This document shows positions 1 through 9,928 of a DNA stretch of 64,000 nt, piece by piece. The DNA is taken from positions 27,163-91,162 of the forward strand of contig JAGVWE010000003.1 of NCBI GenBank assembly GCA_018304425.1, read 5' to 3'. The translations under genes were made by a program, and so were the position numbers. The notes under the pieces were generated by a model. The model had not been told where the DNA came from. It ran no database searches and saw only the letters and a list, made by a program, of their open reading frames with translations. The number at the start of each line of letters is the position of its first letter. The stretch's first letter is position 1. This DNA comes from Candidatus Iainarchaeum sp. (GTDB taxonomy: Archaea; Iainarchaeota; Iainarchaeia; Iainarchaeales; UBA10219).

Positions 1-1
1 G

Positions 2-685
2 TCCGAGGCGTTCAGGGACGCGTTCGAGTGCGACCAGACGGCAGCCTTCGGAGGCGTCATTGCCTTGAACCGCGCGTGCGACGAATCAACTGCCAAACAA
101 ATCGCTTCCTTTTTCAACGAAATCGTGGCTGCCCCGGACTTCGAGCCGGCCGCCTTGGAAGCGCTGAAGGCAAAGCCCAACGTGCGGTTGCTGAAAGTGC
201 CGGGCCTTGAATCGGGAACGACTGCCAAACGGCTTTCCCTTCGGAAGGTGGCCGGCGGGCTGCTCGTGCAAGACGACGACCAAGTGGTGTTCGACCACAA
301 GACCTTGAAGGTCGTTACCCGGAAGGAGCCTGGCAAGGAACAACTGGACGCCTTGTTGTTCGCGTTCACGGTGGCCAAGCACGTGAAGAGCAACGCCATC
401 GTCTTGGCGCAGGGCACGAAGACCGTGGGCATCGGCGCGGGGCAGATGTCGCGCATTGACTCCACGGAAATGGCCGTCAAAAAGGCCGGGGAACGCGCCC
501 AGGGCGCGGTCCTGGCCTCGGACGCCTTCTTCCCCTTCCCCGACAACGTGGAGGCGACGGCCAAGGCCGGGGTTTCGGCCGTCATCCAGCCCGGCGGCAG
601 CGTCAAGGACCCGGAAGTCATCGCGGCAGCCGACCGACACGGCCTCGCCATGGTCTTCACCGGGCTGAGGCACTTCAAGCACTGA
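2..685 (+). CDS. purH: Bifunctional AICAR transformylase/IMP cyclohydrolase PurH, C-terminal part (5' end outside window)
   Basis: Open frame from the window edge; C-terminal PurH motifs (IQPGGSVKD, FTGLRHFKH); sits in a purine gene cluster. Confidence 0.8.
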   Translation, partial: SEAFRDAFECDQTAAFGGVIALNRACDESTAKQIASFFNEIVAAPDFEPAALEALKAKPNVRLLKVPGLESGTTAKRLSLRKVAGGLLVQDDDQVVFDHKTLKVVTRKEPGKEQLDALLFAFTVAKHVKSNAIVLAQGTKTVGIGAGQMSRIDSTEMAVKKAGERAQGAVLASDAFFPFPDNVEATAKAGVSAVIQPGGSVKDPEVIAAADRHGLAMVFTGLRHFKH

Positions 686-693
686 GGGCGAAG

Positions 694-1152
694 ATGACCA
701 AACCACAACTTCCCTGGCTAAAAGGCAGGCCCAGGCGCAGAGCGGACCCCCGGGCCCTGGTTGAAAACCTGGTTGCCAAACTCGCGCGTCTGGGAAGAAT
801 AAAACCGGATGAAACCATGGCGAAAAGGATGGGCCGCATGAAGTTACCGGATACGACGAAATTCGAGAAAATCATGTCTTGGAACCGGAGGCGAGATAAC
901 CGGACCGATGCGTTAATTGCCCGCTTGAGAAGCATGGGAGTCACGGAGGCTAAAATCGTTCGGCTGGTGCAAGCCGAGGGGTTACGCCAATTCACGGATG
1001 CGAGACAGCTGCTTGCAGATGAGCTCGGAGAGCTGCGGCTAAAACACGCAGGCAGGACCATCCACGCCATTCCAGAAACCGATTTGGCCCGCATGCTACA
1101 ATTAGGCAAGGAAATTCACAACATCGAAAAAGGGCTCAAGAAGAAGCCATGA
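694..1152 (+). CDS. Hypothetical protein (152 aa, basic N-terminus)
   Basis: ATG ORF 9 nt after purH; no recognisable domain. Confidence 0.4.
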   Translation: MTKPQLPWLKGRPRRRADPRALVENLVAKLARLGRIKPDETMAKRMGRMKLPDTTKFEKIMSWNRRRDNRTDALIARLRSMGVTEAKIVRLVQAEGLRQFTDARQLLADELGELRLKHAGRTIHAIPETDLARMLQLGKEIHNIEKGLKKKP

Positions 1153-1738
1153 TGACGCGTTCTTCGGTTACAATCTTTTCGACGCGCATGTCTTTTTGGG
1201 TCACGGGCACTTCCGCGAACAACTGGCACTCGAAGGCGAGGGCGAGGAGGGGCACGCGCTTGGGCAGATGGGAAATGAATTTGTCGTAGAAGGCCATGCC
1301 GAAGCCGAGTCTCCTCCCCTGTTCGTCGAAGGCCAGCCCCGGGGTTATGAGGACGTCAATCCGCGAGTCGGGAACCCGCACGTGGGTCTCGCGCACGGGC
1401 TCGGGGAAGCCAAAGGAACTGGTCTTGAGTTCGGCAAAGGACTTGAAGGCGTACATGCTCATGGACTTCAAGTCAAAGTCAACGACCGGCAGGCAAACGG
1501 TTTTGCCTTCCCGAACCAACTGCTCGATGAGTGCATGCGTGTCCACCTCCGACCCGAAACTACAGTAAATGGAGACCGTCTTCGCTTGGCTGACTTCGGG
1601 CAGGGCCAGCAGGCGCTGCGCGATTTGCTTGGACTTGACCGCACGCTCCCGCTCCGTCAAGGACGTCCGCCGCTTGGTGGCCAACTGGCGGAGCACGAAC
1701 TTGGCTTCCTTGATTGGCCGGTCCACCATGGAAGGCAA
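1136..1738 (-). CDS. 5-formyltetrahydrofolate cyclo-ligase (MTHFS family)
   Basis: 200-aa protein with 5-FCL-like core (GFGMAFYDKF); stop/start abuts purD on the same strand. Confidence 0.65.
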   Translation of the reverse strand: MPSMVDRPIKEAKFVLRQLATKRRTSLTERERAVKSKQIAQRLLALPEVSQAKTVSIYCSFGSEVDTHALIEQLVREGKTVCLPVVDFDLKSMSMYAFKSFAELKTSSFGFPEPVRETHVRVPDSRIDVLITPGLAFDEQGRRLGFGMAFYDKFISHLPKRVPLLALAFECQLFAEVPVTQKDMRVEKIVTEERVIMASS

Positions 1739-1739
1739 G

Positions 1740-3020
1740 TCAATGGCCTCCTGACTGCGGCAAAGCCGCTTTCCCGATGTCCCGGCGGAAATGCATGCCC
1801 TCGAAGTAAATCAAGGCAACGGCCTGGTACGCCTGGCCAATGGCTTCCCGGATGGTCTTCCCCAGCGCGGTGACGCCCAGCACCCTTCCCCCGCTGGAAA
1901 CGGTTTTGCCGTCCGCCAGCGAAGTACCGGCATGGAATACCAGGGTGTTCGGCTGCTTTCCGGCCCTTTCAAGGCCCGAAATTTCCTTGCCCTTCTCGTA
2001 GGCAGCAGGATACCCCTTGGAGGCCAGGACCACGCAGCAACAGGGCTGGCTGCCCCACCTCAATTCCACGGCATCCAGCCGGCCCTCGATGCAGGCCAAG
2101 GCAACCTCCACGAGGTCGGTTTCAAGCCGGGGCAAAATGACCTGGGTCTCCGGGTCCCCGAAACGGCAATTGAATTCAAGTACCTTTACCTGCGTGCCGG
2201 AAACCATGAGCCCCGCATATAAAACGCCTTTATAGGCCCGGCCCTCCTTGGCCATGCCCTCCAAGGCCCGGGCGATGACTTGGGCGTGCACGCGCCGCTC
2301 GAACTCCGGCGAAGCAAAGGGCGCGGGACTGTAGGCGCCCATGCCGCCCGTGTTCGGGCCCTGGTCTCCGTCGAACACGCGCTTGTGGTCCTGTGCGGAA
2401 ACCATGAGCCGCGCGGTCTTGCCATCGCAGAAGGCGAGCACGGAAACCTCCTGGCCTTCGAGGAGGTCCTCGACGATTACCTGGTTGCCGGCGTCCCCGA
2501 ACCTCTTTTCGACCAGGATTTCCTGGACCGCGGCCAAGGCCTCGGCAGCGGACTGGCAGACGTACACGCCTTTGCCGGCCGCGAGGCCATCCGCTTTCAC
2601 CACGCACCTTCCTTTCTGCTTGACAAAGGCCTGAGCGGCTTCGGCGTCCGAAAAAACCCGGAAGCCAGCCGAGGGAATGCCGTGGCGTTGCATGAATTCC
2701 TTGGCAAACGCCTTGCTGCCCTCGAGGACCGCGGCGTTCTTCCGCGGCCCGAAGACTTTCAGGCCGCGCGCCTCGAATTCGTCGACGATGCCCAGGGCCA
2801 ATGGGCCTTCGGGACCGACCACCGTCAAGTCAACCTGGTGGTGGACCGCGAACTCGGCCAGTCTGGGAAGGTCATCGGCCTGGATGTTCACGCACTCCGC
2901 GAGCTGCGCGATGCCGGGGTTGCCCGGCGCGCAGAAGACCTCACCCACCTGGGGCGACTGCCGAATCTTCCACACCAGGGCGTGTTCACGTCCACCAGAG
3001 CCAACCACTAAGACGTTCAA
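1740..3020 (-). CDS. purD: Phosphoribosylamine--glycine ligase PurD
   Basis: ATP-grasp PurD with the typical N-terminus NVLVVGSGGREHAL. The track ORF extends to 3050 (TTG). An in-frame TTG at 3020 gives the canonical start, with TTTAAA ~35 nt upstream on the minus strand. Confidence 0.88.
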   Translation of the reverse strand: MNVLVVGSGGREHALVWKIRQSPQVGEVFCAPGNPGIAQLAECVNIQADDLPRLAEFAVHHQVDLTVVGPEGPLALGIVDEFEARGLKVFGPRKNAAVLEGSKAFAKEFMQRHGIPSAGFRVFSDAEAAQAFVKQKGRCVVKADGLAAGKGVYVCQSAAEALAAVQEILVEKRFGDAGNQVIVEDLLEGQEVSVLAFCDGKTARLMVSAQDHKRVFDGDQGPNTGGMGAYSPAPFASPEFERRVHAQVIARALEGMAKEGRAYKGVLYAGLMVSGTQVKVLEFNCRFGDPETQVILPRLETDLVEVALACIEGRLDAVELRWGSQPCCCVVLASKGYPAAYEKGKEISGLERAGKQPNTLVFHAGTSLADGKTVSSGGRVLGVTALGKTIREAIGQAYQAVALIYFEGMHFRRDIGKAALPQSGGH

Positions 3021-3115
3021 GGCAAAAAACCCCTGAAAGACAGAGGGCAAAAGGGTTTAAATTCGACGCCCCTGGGCTTAGAAAAGATTTTATAGGCGGA
3101 AAGCATTGTCTTGGT

Positions 3116-4582
3116 ATGGGTCAGCCGATGGGAGGAAGGAGTTGGCGGATGCGGTTGCCACGCGGCGTGCGGCCCGCCATCCAGCCGAATTCCGTGTTCA
3201 TCCTGCATGCGTTGGATTCAAGTGTCCGCCCGAATGCGGCGCTGCTGCGAAAATGGGTTGCTGCAGGCCACGTGGTGCCGGTTGAACGCGTGGATGCGCG
3301 CGGTCGAAGGATTCACGGCCAGCGACGGCATTTCCTGGTGCCCATCAAGGTACCCGAAGCCAGCCGCGACCGCATGGGCATCGTGCACACCCATTCGCAC
3401 TCCGAGGCATCACTTGGAATCGCATTCGGTGACGGCCCCAACATCGCCACCACCACGCCGGCCACCTACACTAAAAAGAAATTCGTCGGAGGCCGGCGGC
3501 AAGCCGTCGGCCACCATTTCAAGCCCATTGAACAAGGCGAGTGGGCGAATACACGGAACCTCACCTTGAATGACGGTGAAAGCCCGCACCGTGTTCTGAA
3601 GGGAGCTGGCACGAAAACGGTGGTGGCGACTGTGCCCTTTGAGTTGCGGCCAAAGGAAAACGTTGGCGAGCGCAGGCTCTGGGGCGGAGCGCAGGCGGGA
3701 ACGACGCGCACGTCGGTGGAAAACGCAAGGCTCCTGCAAAGGGATTGGAACGAGGCCCGCCGTCAAAGGGACCCCGTCGTAATGGAAGCCGTGCGGGCCG
3801 GATTGGAGACCCCCACCCTCCAGCCGGTGGCCGTGTTCAAGCCCCTGCAAGTGCCCCTAGCTGTGACCGGGCAAACGGGGGCGCACCTTCGCAGTGGGCA
3901 CGTGAAAATAGTCAAACTCTCGCCGACCGCCGCCAACCGGGTGCTGGATGCGACCATTGAAAGGCGCTCCATCGAGGAGCGGGCGCAAGAGGCGCGCTTG
4001 GCCCGGAATTTCGCGGGCGTGCCGGGCATGGAGGTCGAGGAAAAGGTGGACCCGCTTCCGCGCTCCAAACGCCAACTCGCCGCCCAACGCGTGTTCGCCT
4101 ACGAGGTCGACCATGGCATGCGCGTGGAGGGTTTGCAGGTGTTCTCTCCGCAGGAACCCGTGTGGCAACTCCTCTTGGCTAAGAGCGGGTTCAAGGTGGA
4201 AGGCGGCATTGTCACGAAGGAATGCCGCGAGGTGCCCCTGCCGAAGGTGCGTAGCAAGCTGCTGATTGATTTCATTGCACGGATGGCGGCAACCTTTAGC
4301 CTGGTCAAGCGGAGGGGCGCCTCGTTGTCTTCCCGCAATGGCAGCTCGTTCTCCCCCCAAAACGTTTCCATCCTGGGACAGCCTCTTGACCTGGATACCG
4401 GGTTCTTGCGCGAAAAGGCTCGTGGGATCGACCACTTGACGGATTGGCGGGAGTGCCTGTCCACCCTTGCCATGTTCAGGGACAGGTTGGGAATCCAGCT
4501 ACCGAGAGAAAACCTGGCGCGGTTCTTCCTCGCCGACTTGAAGGGCAGCTTCCACCCCGAAGAGTGGTCGGAAAAGAAATAG
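3116..4582 (+). CDS. Hypothetical protein (488 aa)
   Basis: The long track ORF 2801..4582 is antisense to purD at its 5' end. The first ATG beyond purD is at 3116, with TTTTATAGG ~25 nt upstream. High GC3; no recognisable domain. Confidence 0.45.
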   Translation: MGQPMGGRSWRMRLPRGVRPAIQPNSVFILHALDSSVRPNAALLRKWVAAGHVVPVERVDARGRRIHGQRRHFLVPIKVPEASRDRMGIVHTHSHSEASLGIAFGDGPNIATTTPATYTKKKFVGGRRQAVGHHFKPIEQGEWANTRNLTLNDGESPHRVLKGAGTKTVVATVPFELRPKENVGERRLWGGAQAGTTRTSVENARLLQRDWNEARRQRDPVVMEAVRAGLETPTLQPVAVFKPLQVPLAVTGQTGAHLRSGHVKIVKLSPTAANRVLDATIERRSIEERAQEARLARNFAGVPGMEVEEKVDPLPRSKRQLAAQRVFAYEVDHGMRVEGLQVFSPQEPVWQLLLAKSGFKVEGGIVTKECREVPLPKVRSKLLIDFIARMAATFSLVKRRGASLSSRNGSSFSPQNVSILGQPLDLDTGFLREKARGIDHLTDWRECLSTLAMFRDRLGIQLPRENLARFFLADLKGSFHPEEWSEKK

Positions 4583-6178
4583 TCACTTGCACGCCATCAA
4601 TTCAACGGGTTGTTCGTACGTCCTTCCCTTGGACTTGCCCATGAGGGCCAGGGCCTTCTGGTAGCAGGCCTGGCCGCCGGGGGTGGGGTAACGTCCCGTG
4701 ATGCAGGCCATGCACAAGTCTTTCGCGCCGTTCTCGAGGCCGATGGCACGCACCAGGCCTTCCTTGGACTGGTAGACCAGCGAGTCGGCATTGATTTCCT
4801 TGCGGATTTTCTCGACCTGCTCGGGTTTCATGTCAATGGCGCCAATCCCGTCGTCGAGTTCCTCTCTTTGCAGGTGCCTGGAAGCAATCAATTCGTCCAA
4901 GGTGCTCATGTCGATGCCGTAAAAGCAGGGTGCGACGATGGGGGGACAGGAGACGCGGACGTGGATTTCGCGGGGATGCCCTTTCTCGCGGATGTAGGTC
5001 AGGAGCTCGCGGCTGGTCGTGCCCCGCACGATGCTGTCCTCGACGAGGATGACCTTCTTTCCTTTCACGACCTGCTTGATGACCATGTACTTTTCCTTGA
5101 CCCGTTCCAGGCGGTCGTGGGACTCGATGAAAGTCCGGCCCACGTAGCGGTTCCTGAGCAGCCCCTCCTTGGAGGGCAGGCCCAGGGTGTTGGCGTAGGC
5201 GTCCGCCGCAGGCTTCGCCGTGTCGGGAACCCCGACCACGACGTAATCGTCGTCGCTCTTGACGTCCAGGGGCTCTATTTTGGCGAGTTCCTGGCCCATG
5301 GCCCACCGCGCCTCGTACACGCTTCGGCCGTCCAAGACCGAGCCCGCGTTGGCGAAGTACACGTACTCGAACATGCAGTGCGCGTTGCGCGGGGATTTCG
5401 CGAAGCGCTTGACTTCCTTGGAACCGTTTTCGACCAGCAGCATCTCCCCGGGCTTCAGGTCCCTGATGCCGTTCTGCACGTAGTTCACCAACGCAACGGA
5501 TTCGCTGGCCGCGCCCGTGAAGCCCTCGTGGGAGGCGAACACGAGGGGCTTGATGCCGTAGGGGGCGCGCACGGCCGCGATATCGCCTTCCGCGTTGAGG
5601 TAGACGATGGAGTAGGAGCCGTCGAATTTCTCGGAGACGTTGGCGAAGGCGGCCGGGAGGTCCAGCTTTTGCTCGCCGATGAATTGCTTGGCGAGGAAGT
5701 GCTGGATGATTTCGGTGTCGGTGTTGAGCGTGATGTGGTATTTCTGGGCTTCAAGTTCGGCTTTGAGTTCCGCGTAATTCGCGAGGTTGCCGTTGAACGC
5801 GATGCTGAACCACTTCCACACGCGGCCGTGCTTGCGCTCGAAGGGCTGCGCATATTCCACGCTGTCCGAGCCGCAGGTCGCGTAGCGGATGTGGCCAATT
5901 CCTTTGGACCCGGAAAAGTCCCGCAGGAGGCGCAGCATCTTGTCGGGTTCCCTGGAGCGGAAGACCTCGTTGACGATGCCCAGGCGCTTGTGCGTGTTCA
6001 GGAGCAGGGGCCGCTCCGCGTTATAAGTCGTGATGCCCGCCGACAATTGACCGCGGTTCTGCTGGGCGAGCAGCATCTTGTACAAGTAGAAGGCCGCGCC
6101 TCCGGTGGGCCAGTCCTTGGGCTTGCCGCCGAGCGATACGGCTGCGACGGCACAGTTTTCCGTTGGCTCACCGGACAT
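4583..6178 (-). CDS. purF: Amidophosphoribosyltransferase PurF
   Basis: Ntn-glutamine amidotransferase N-terminus (propeptide then CAVAAV) plus a PRTase domain; 531 aa. Confidence 0.9.
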   Translation of the reverse strand: MSGEPTENCAVAAVSLGGKPKDWPTGGAAFYLYKMLLAQQNRGQLSAGITTYNAERPLLLNTHKRLGIVNEVFRSREPDKMLRLLRDFSGSKGIGHIRYATCGSDSVEYAQPFERKHGRVWKWFSIAFNGNLANYAELKAELEAQKYHITLNTDTEIIQHFLAKQFIGEQKLDLPAAFANVSEKFDGSYSIVYLNAEGDIAAVRAPYGIKPLVFASHEGFTGAASESVALVNYVQNGIRDLKPGEMLLVENGSKEVKRFAKSPRNAHCMFEYVYFANAGSVLDGRSVYEARWAMGQELAKIEPLDVKSDDDYVVVGVPDTAKPAADAYANTLGLPSKEGLLRNRYVGRTFIESHDRLERVKEKYMVIKQVVKGKKVILVEDSIVRGTTSRELLTYIREKGHPREIHVRVSCPPIVAPCFYGIDMSTLDELIASRHLQREELDDGIGAIDMKPEQVEKIRKEINADSLVYQSKEGLVRAIGLENGAKDLCMACITGRYPTPGGQACYQKALALMGKSKGRTYEQPVELMACK

Positions 6179-6275
6179 GAAGCAATGTCCCCGCGTATGG
6201 AACTGAGTGCAAACAAGTATTTATATTTATTATTCCAGTTGAATCTAGTACGGGTTGGATGTGGGGGAGAAATGC

Positions 6276-6758
6276 ATGCATTTCGTCGAGGTAGGGTGCA
6301 AGCCAGGGGTCAGGGACGTGCTGGGCCAGGCCGTCAAGGCCCGCCTCGAAGAAGACTTGTCCGCAGGAGTTAAAGGCCTCCGGAGGGTTGCTTTTATCGA
6401 CGTTTACCGCCTGGAATGCCTTTTGTCGCCCCAGGAAGCCGAAAGGATCGGGGCCGAGCTCTTGCGCGACCCCATTACCCAGGTGTTTGCCGTGGACCAG
6501 CCGGTGGAAGGGGGCTTTGACTGGAGTGTTACGGTGAGCCTCCACCAGAATGTTACGGACAACGTGGGCATCGCGGCCAGGGAAGGCATTGAAGACCTCC
6601 TGGGCCGGAAGCTGGACGAAGGCGAGCGCCTCCACTACGACCGGAAATACCTGTTCTGGGGCGACCTCACCGAGGCCCAGGTGAGGGACCTGGCTGGAAA
6701 GGCCTTGGCCAATGATTTCCTCGAGCATTGCCGGGTGGAGCGCGGCAGCCATGCCTGA
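6276..6758 (+). CDS. purS: Phosphoribosylformylglycinamidine synthase subunit PurS, fused tandem (two PurS-like halves)
   Basis: Both halves match the PurS pattern (KPGVRDVLGQAV...; VTVSLHQNVTDNVGIAAREGIEDLLG). ATG at 6276 is preceded by GGGGGAG. Its stop overlaps the purL ATG (ATGCCTGA). Confidence 0.65.
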   Translation: MHFVEVGCKPGVRDVLGQAVKARLEEDLSAGVKGLRRVAFIDVYRLECLLSPQEAERIGAELLRDPITQVFAVDQPVEGGFDWSVTVSLHQNVTDNVGIAAREGIEDLLGRKLDEGERLHYDRKYLFWGDLTEAQVRDLAGKALANDFLEHCRVERGSHA

Positions 6759-9144
6759 ACTTCGCGTGCTCGACCGGAAGCCCGCTGACCTGGTGCGGCT
6801 GGGCAAGGAAGCGCAACTCCACCTAAACGAAGGGGAGTTCGCCGCCATCCAGAAATACTTCGAGCGCCTGGGACGCGAGCCCACGCAACTGGAACTGGAG
6901 ACGATTGCCCAGACCTGGAGCGAGCACTGCAAGCACAAGGTGTTCAACGGCGTCATCGAGTACGTGGACGAGCGCGGCCACAAGGAAATCATCGACAACC
7001 TCTTCAAGCGCACCATCCGGAAGGCGACGGAGCGGGTGGCAGGGGAAGTCGGCTGGCTGGTGTCCGTCTTCAAGGACAACGCGGGCATCATTGCCTTCAA
7101 TTCATCCCACCACGCCTGCATGAAAGTGGAAACGCATAACCATCCCAGCGCCCTGGACCCCTACGGGGGAGCGAACACGGGCCTGGGGGGAGTCATCCGC
7201 GACGTGCTGGGCTGCGGCCTGGGCGCGAAGCCGGTCGCGAACACGGATGTCTTCTGCTTTGGGTTGCCGGACCTGGCCTACAAGGACTTGCCAAGCGGCG
7301 TCCTCCACCCCAAGCGCATTGCCAAGGGCGTGCGGGAGGGCGTGCGCGACTACGGCAACCGCATTGGGATTCCGACTGTGAACGGGGCCATCCTCTTCGA
7401 TGCCAGGTACACGTGCAATCCCCTGGTCTACTGCGGCACGGTGGGCGTGCTGCCCAAGGGCATGGAGTCAAAGCAGGCCAGGCCCGGCGACAAAATCGTT
7501 GCCATCGGGGGCCGGACCGGGCGCGACGGCATCCATGGCGCCACCTTTTCCTCCGCGGAACTGGACGAAAGTGTGTCCACCAGCGTGGTGCAAATCGGCA
7601 ACGCCATCGAGGAAAAAAAGTTCTTGGACGTCCTCTTGAAAGCACGTGACCTCCGCTTGTACTCGAGCCTCACCGACTGCGGGGCCGGAGGCTTTTCGAG
7701 CGCGGTCGGGGAGATGGGCGCTGATTGCGGGGCACGCGTCGACCTCGAAAAGGCGCCGTTGAAGTACGCGGGCATGCAGTCCTGGGAAATCTGGGTCAGC
7801 GAGAGCCAGGAACGCATGGTGCTGGCCGTGCCTCCCGGGAACGTCGAGCGGCTCGTGAAATTGTTCGCGGACGAGGACGTGGAAGCCAGCGTCATCGGCG
7901 AGTTCACGGATGACCGGTTACTGAGCGTCCACCATGGCGGGCAATTGGCCGGGCAACTGGACATGGCTTTCCTGCACCGGGGCAACCCGCGGCTCGAGCA
8001 GAAGGCATCCTGGAAGCCCAAGCCCTTCGAGGAGCCCGTCTTTTCGGAGCCCAAAAACCTGGGAAGCCTGCTGAAGCGATTGCTGGCCGCCCCGAATATT
8101 GCCTCCAAGGAGACGACCATCCGCCAGTACGACCACGAAGTGCAGGGAGGTTCCGTCTTGAAGCCGCTGGTGGGAGCGGACCTGGATGGCCCGGGGGATG
8201 CCGCCATCATGCGGCCCTTCTTCGACGGCTGGGCGGGTTTGGCGGTTTCCAATGGCATCAACCCCTTGTATGGGGACATCGACCCCTATTGGATGGCGGC
8301 TTCCGCGATTGACGAAGCCCTGCGGAACCTGGTCGCGGTGGGCTGTTCCCTGGAACGGGTGGCCTTGTTGGACAACTTTTGCTGGGGCAACCCAAAAGAC
8401 GAGGCAAAGCTCGGCGAACTCGTGCGCGCCGCGAAAGCCTGCCACGACGTGGCCGTGGCCTTCAAAACCCCTTTCATCTCGGGCAAGGACTCCTTCCACA
8501 ACGAGTACACGGTGGGAGGCAAGACCGTTTCCATTCCCTCAACCCTCTTGATTTCCGCGTTGGGCGTCATGGGGGACGTGCGGCAACGGGTGTCCATGGA
8601 CTTCAAGCAAAAAGGCAATCCCCTCTACGTCGTGGGAAAAACGTTCCAGGAACTGGGCGGCAGCCACTATTATCGGCTGCAGGGTGCGGTGGGGCGAAGC
8701 GTGCCCAGACTGGTGGTTGCCAGGGCCCGGAAACAGTATGCGGGGCTGGCGAAGGCTGCCGCAATTGGGGTGGGGAAGAAAAACCGCGACCGCGTGGTGC
8801 GCGCCATGCATGACTGCAGCGAGGGCGGCCTGGGCGTGGCATTGGCGGAGATGGCGTTTGCCGGCGGGCTGGGCTGTGAAATCGACCTGCGAAAGCTCCC
8901 ACGCGAGGGCGTGGAACGGAATGACTACGCGTTGTTCAGCGAGAGCAACGCGCGCCACCTCGTGGAAGTCAACAAGTCAAAGCGAACGGCCTTCGAGCGG
9001 CTGCTCAGGGGAACCGATTTCGCCTGCATTGGCCGGGTGACGGGCCCTGGGCGGCTGGTGGTAAAAGGCCTGCAGGGAGAAACCGTGCTGGACGAGGACG
9101 GCAAGGCATTGAAGAAGGCATGGAAGGGGACGCTGAACTGGTGA
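6751..9144 (+). CDS. purL: Phosphoribosylformylglycinamidine synthase II, PurL
   Basis: AIR-synthase-related PurL domains, ~798 aa (small-PurL type); start coupled to the purS stop. Confidence 0.9.
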   Translation: MPELRVLDRKPADLVRLGKEAQLHLNEGEFAAIQKYFERLGREPTQLELETIAQTWSEHCKHKVFNGVIEYVDERGHKEIIDNLFKRTIRKATERVAGEVGWLVSVFKDNAGIIAFNSSHHACMKVETHNHPSALDPYGGANTGLGGVIRDVLGCGLGAKPVANTDVFCFGLPDLAYKDLPSGVLHPKRIAKGVREGVRDYGNRIGIPTVNGAILFDARYTCNPLVYCGTVGVLPKGMESKQARPGDKIVAIGGRTGRDGIHGATFSSAELDESVSTSVVQIGNAIEEKKFLDVLLKARDLRLYSSLTDCGAGGFSSAVGEMGADCGARVDLEKAPLKYAGMQSWEIWVSESQERMVLAVPPGNVERLVKLFADEDVEASVIGEFTDDRLLSVHHGGQLAGQLDMAFLHRGNPRLEQKASWKPKPFEEPVFSEPKNLGSLLKRLLAAPNIASKETTIRQYDHEVQGGSVLKPLVGADLDGPGDAAIMRPFFDGWAGLAVSNGINPLYGDIDPYWMAASAIDEALRNLVAVGCSLERVALLDNFCWGNPKDEAKLGELVRAAKACHDVAVAFKTPFISGKDSFHNEYTVGGKTVSIPSTLLISALGVMGDVRQRVSMDFKQKGNPLYVVGKTFQELGGSHYYRLQGAVGRSVPRLVVARARKQYAGLAKAAAIGVGKKNRDRVVRAMHDCSEGGLGVALAEMAFAGGLGCEIDLRKLPREGVERNDYALFSESNARHLVEVNKSKRTAFERLLRGTDFACIGRVTGPGRLVVKGLQGETVLDEDGKALKKAWKGTLNW

Positions 9145-9149
9145 AAATC

Positions 9150-9914
9150 ATGGCGGAATTCAAGGCAATGGTGTTGAAGACGGCGGGAACCAATTGCGAT
9201 TTCGAGACGGCCGAGGCCCTGCGGTTGGCGGGTTTTTCGCCGGAAACCATGCACGTCAACGAACTCATCCGCGGCGGGAAAAACCTGCGCGACTACCGCT
9301 TCCTGGTGTTGCCGGGCGGCTTTTCCCACGGGGACTACATCGCATCGGGGAAAATTTTGGCCAATAAGCTCAAATACCGGCTCGGCGAAGACGTTCCCCG
9401 GTTCATCGAGGAGGGCAACCTCGTGCTGGGCATCTGCAACGGCTTCCAGACCCTGGTGAAGGCCGGGCTGCTGCCGGGCTTTGACGGGAACTACAAGCGG
9501 CAGGACGTGACCCTGACGTTCAACGACTCCGGGCACTTCCAGGACGAGTGGATCGAGTTGAAGAACGTGAACAAGGGCCGGTGCGTGTTCTCGAAGGGCC
9601 TCCGGAAAACCATCCACTGCCCCATCAACCACGGGGAAGGGAAATTCATTCCCGGAAGCCGGAAGGTGCTGGCGCGGCTGCACGAACAGGACCAGGTGGT
9701 GTTCAAGTACGCGGGCAGGAACCCCAACGGGTCTTTGGACGACATCGCCGGCATCTGCGACGAAACCGGGCGGGTGCTGGGCTTGATGCCGCACTGCGAG
9801 AAAAACCTTTTCTCCGTGAACGACCCGCGGAGCACGCGCCTGGACCTGCCAGTCGAGGGAGAGGGCACGGCGATTTTCAGGAAGGCGTTCGAGTTCGTGA
9901 AAAAAAGGAAATAA
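9150..9914 (+). CDS. purQ: Phosphoribosylformylglycinamidine synthase I (glutaminase) PurQ
   Basis: Class-I glutamine amidotransferase (GICNGFQ, HxE near the C-terminus); ATG 5 nt after the purL stop. Confidence 0.85.
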   Translation: MAEFKAMVLKTAGTNCDFETAEALRLAGFSPETMHVNELIRGGKNLRDYRFLVLPGGFSHGDYIASGKILANKLKYRLGEDVPRFIEEGNLVLGICNGFQTLVKAGLLPGFDGNYKRQDVTLTFNDSGHFQDEWIELKNVNKGRCVFSKGLRKTIHCPINHGEGKFIPGSRKVLARLHEQDQVVFKYAGRNPNGSLDDIAGICDETGRVLGLMPHCEKNLFSVNDPRSTRLDLPVEGEGTAIFRKAFEFVKKRK

Positions 9915-9928
9915 GCCCTGCCGTGAAT

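Noticed and set aside
2801-3115. N-terminal 105 codons of the track ORF 2801..4582
   Set aside because: Overlaps the purD coding region on the opposite strand. A good ATG with an upstream TATA exists at 3116.
4610-6373. 587-aa plus-strand ORF covering the purF locus
   Set aside because: It is antisense to a confidently identified purF. High GC content generates long stop-free antisense frames, and it shows no domain similarity.
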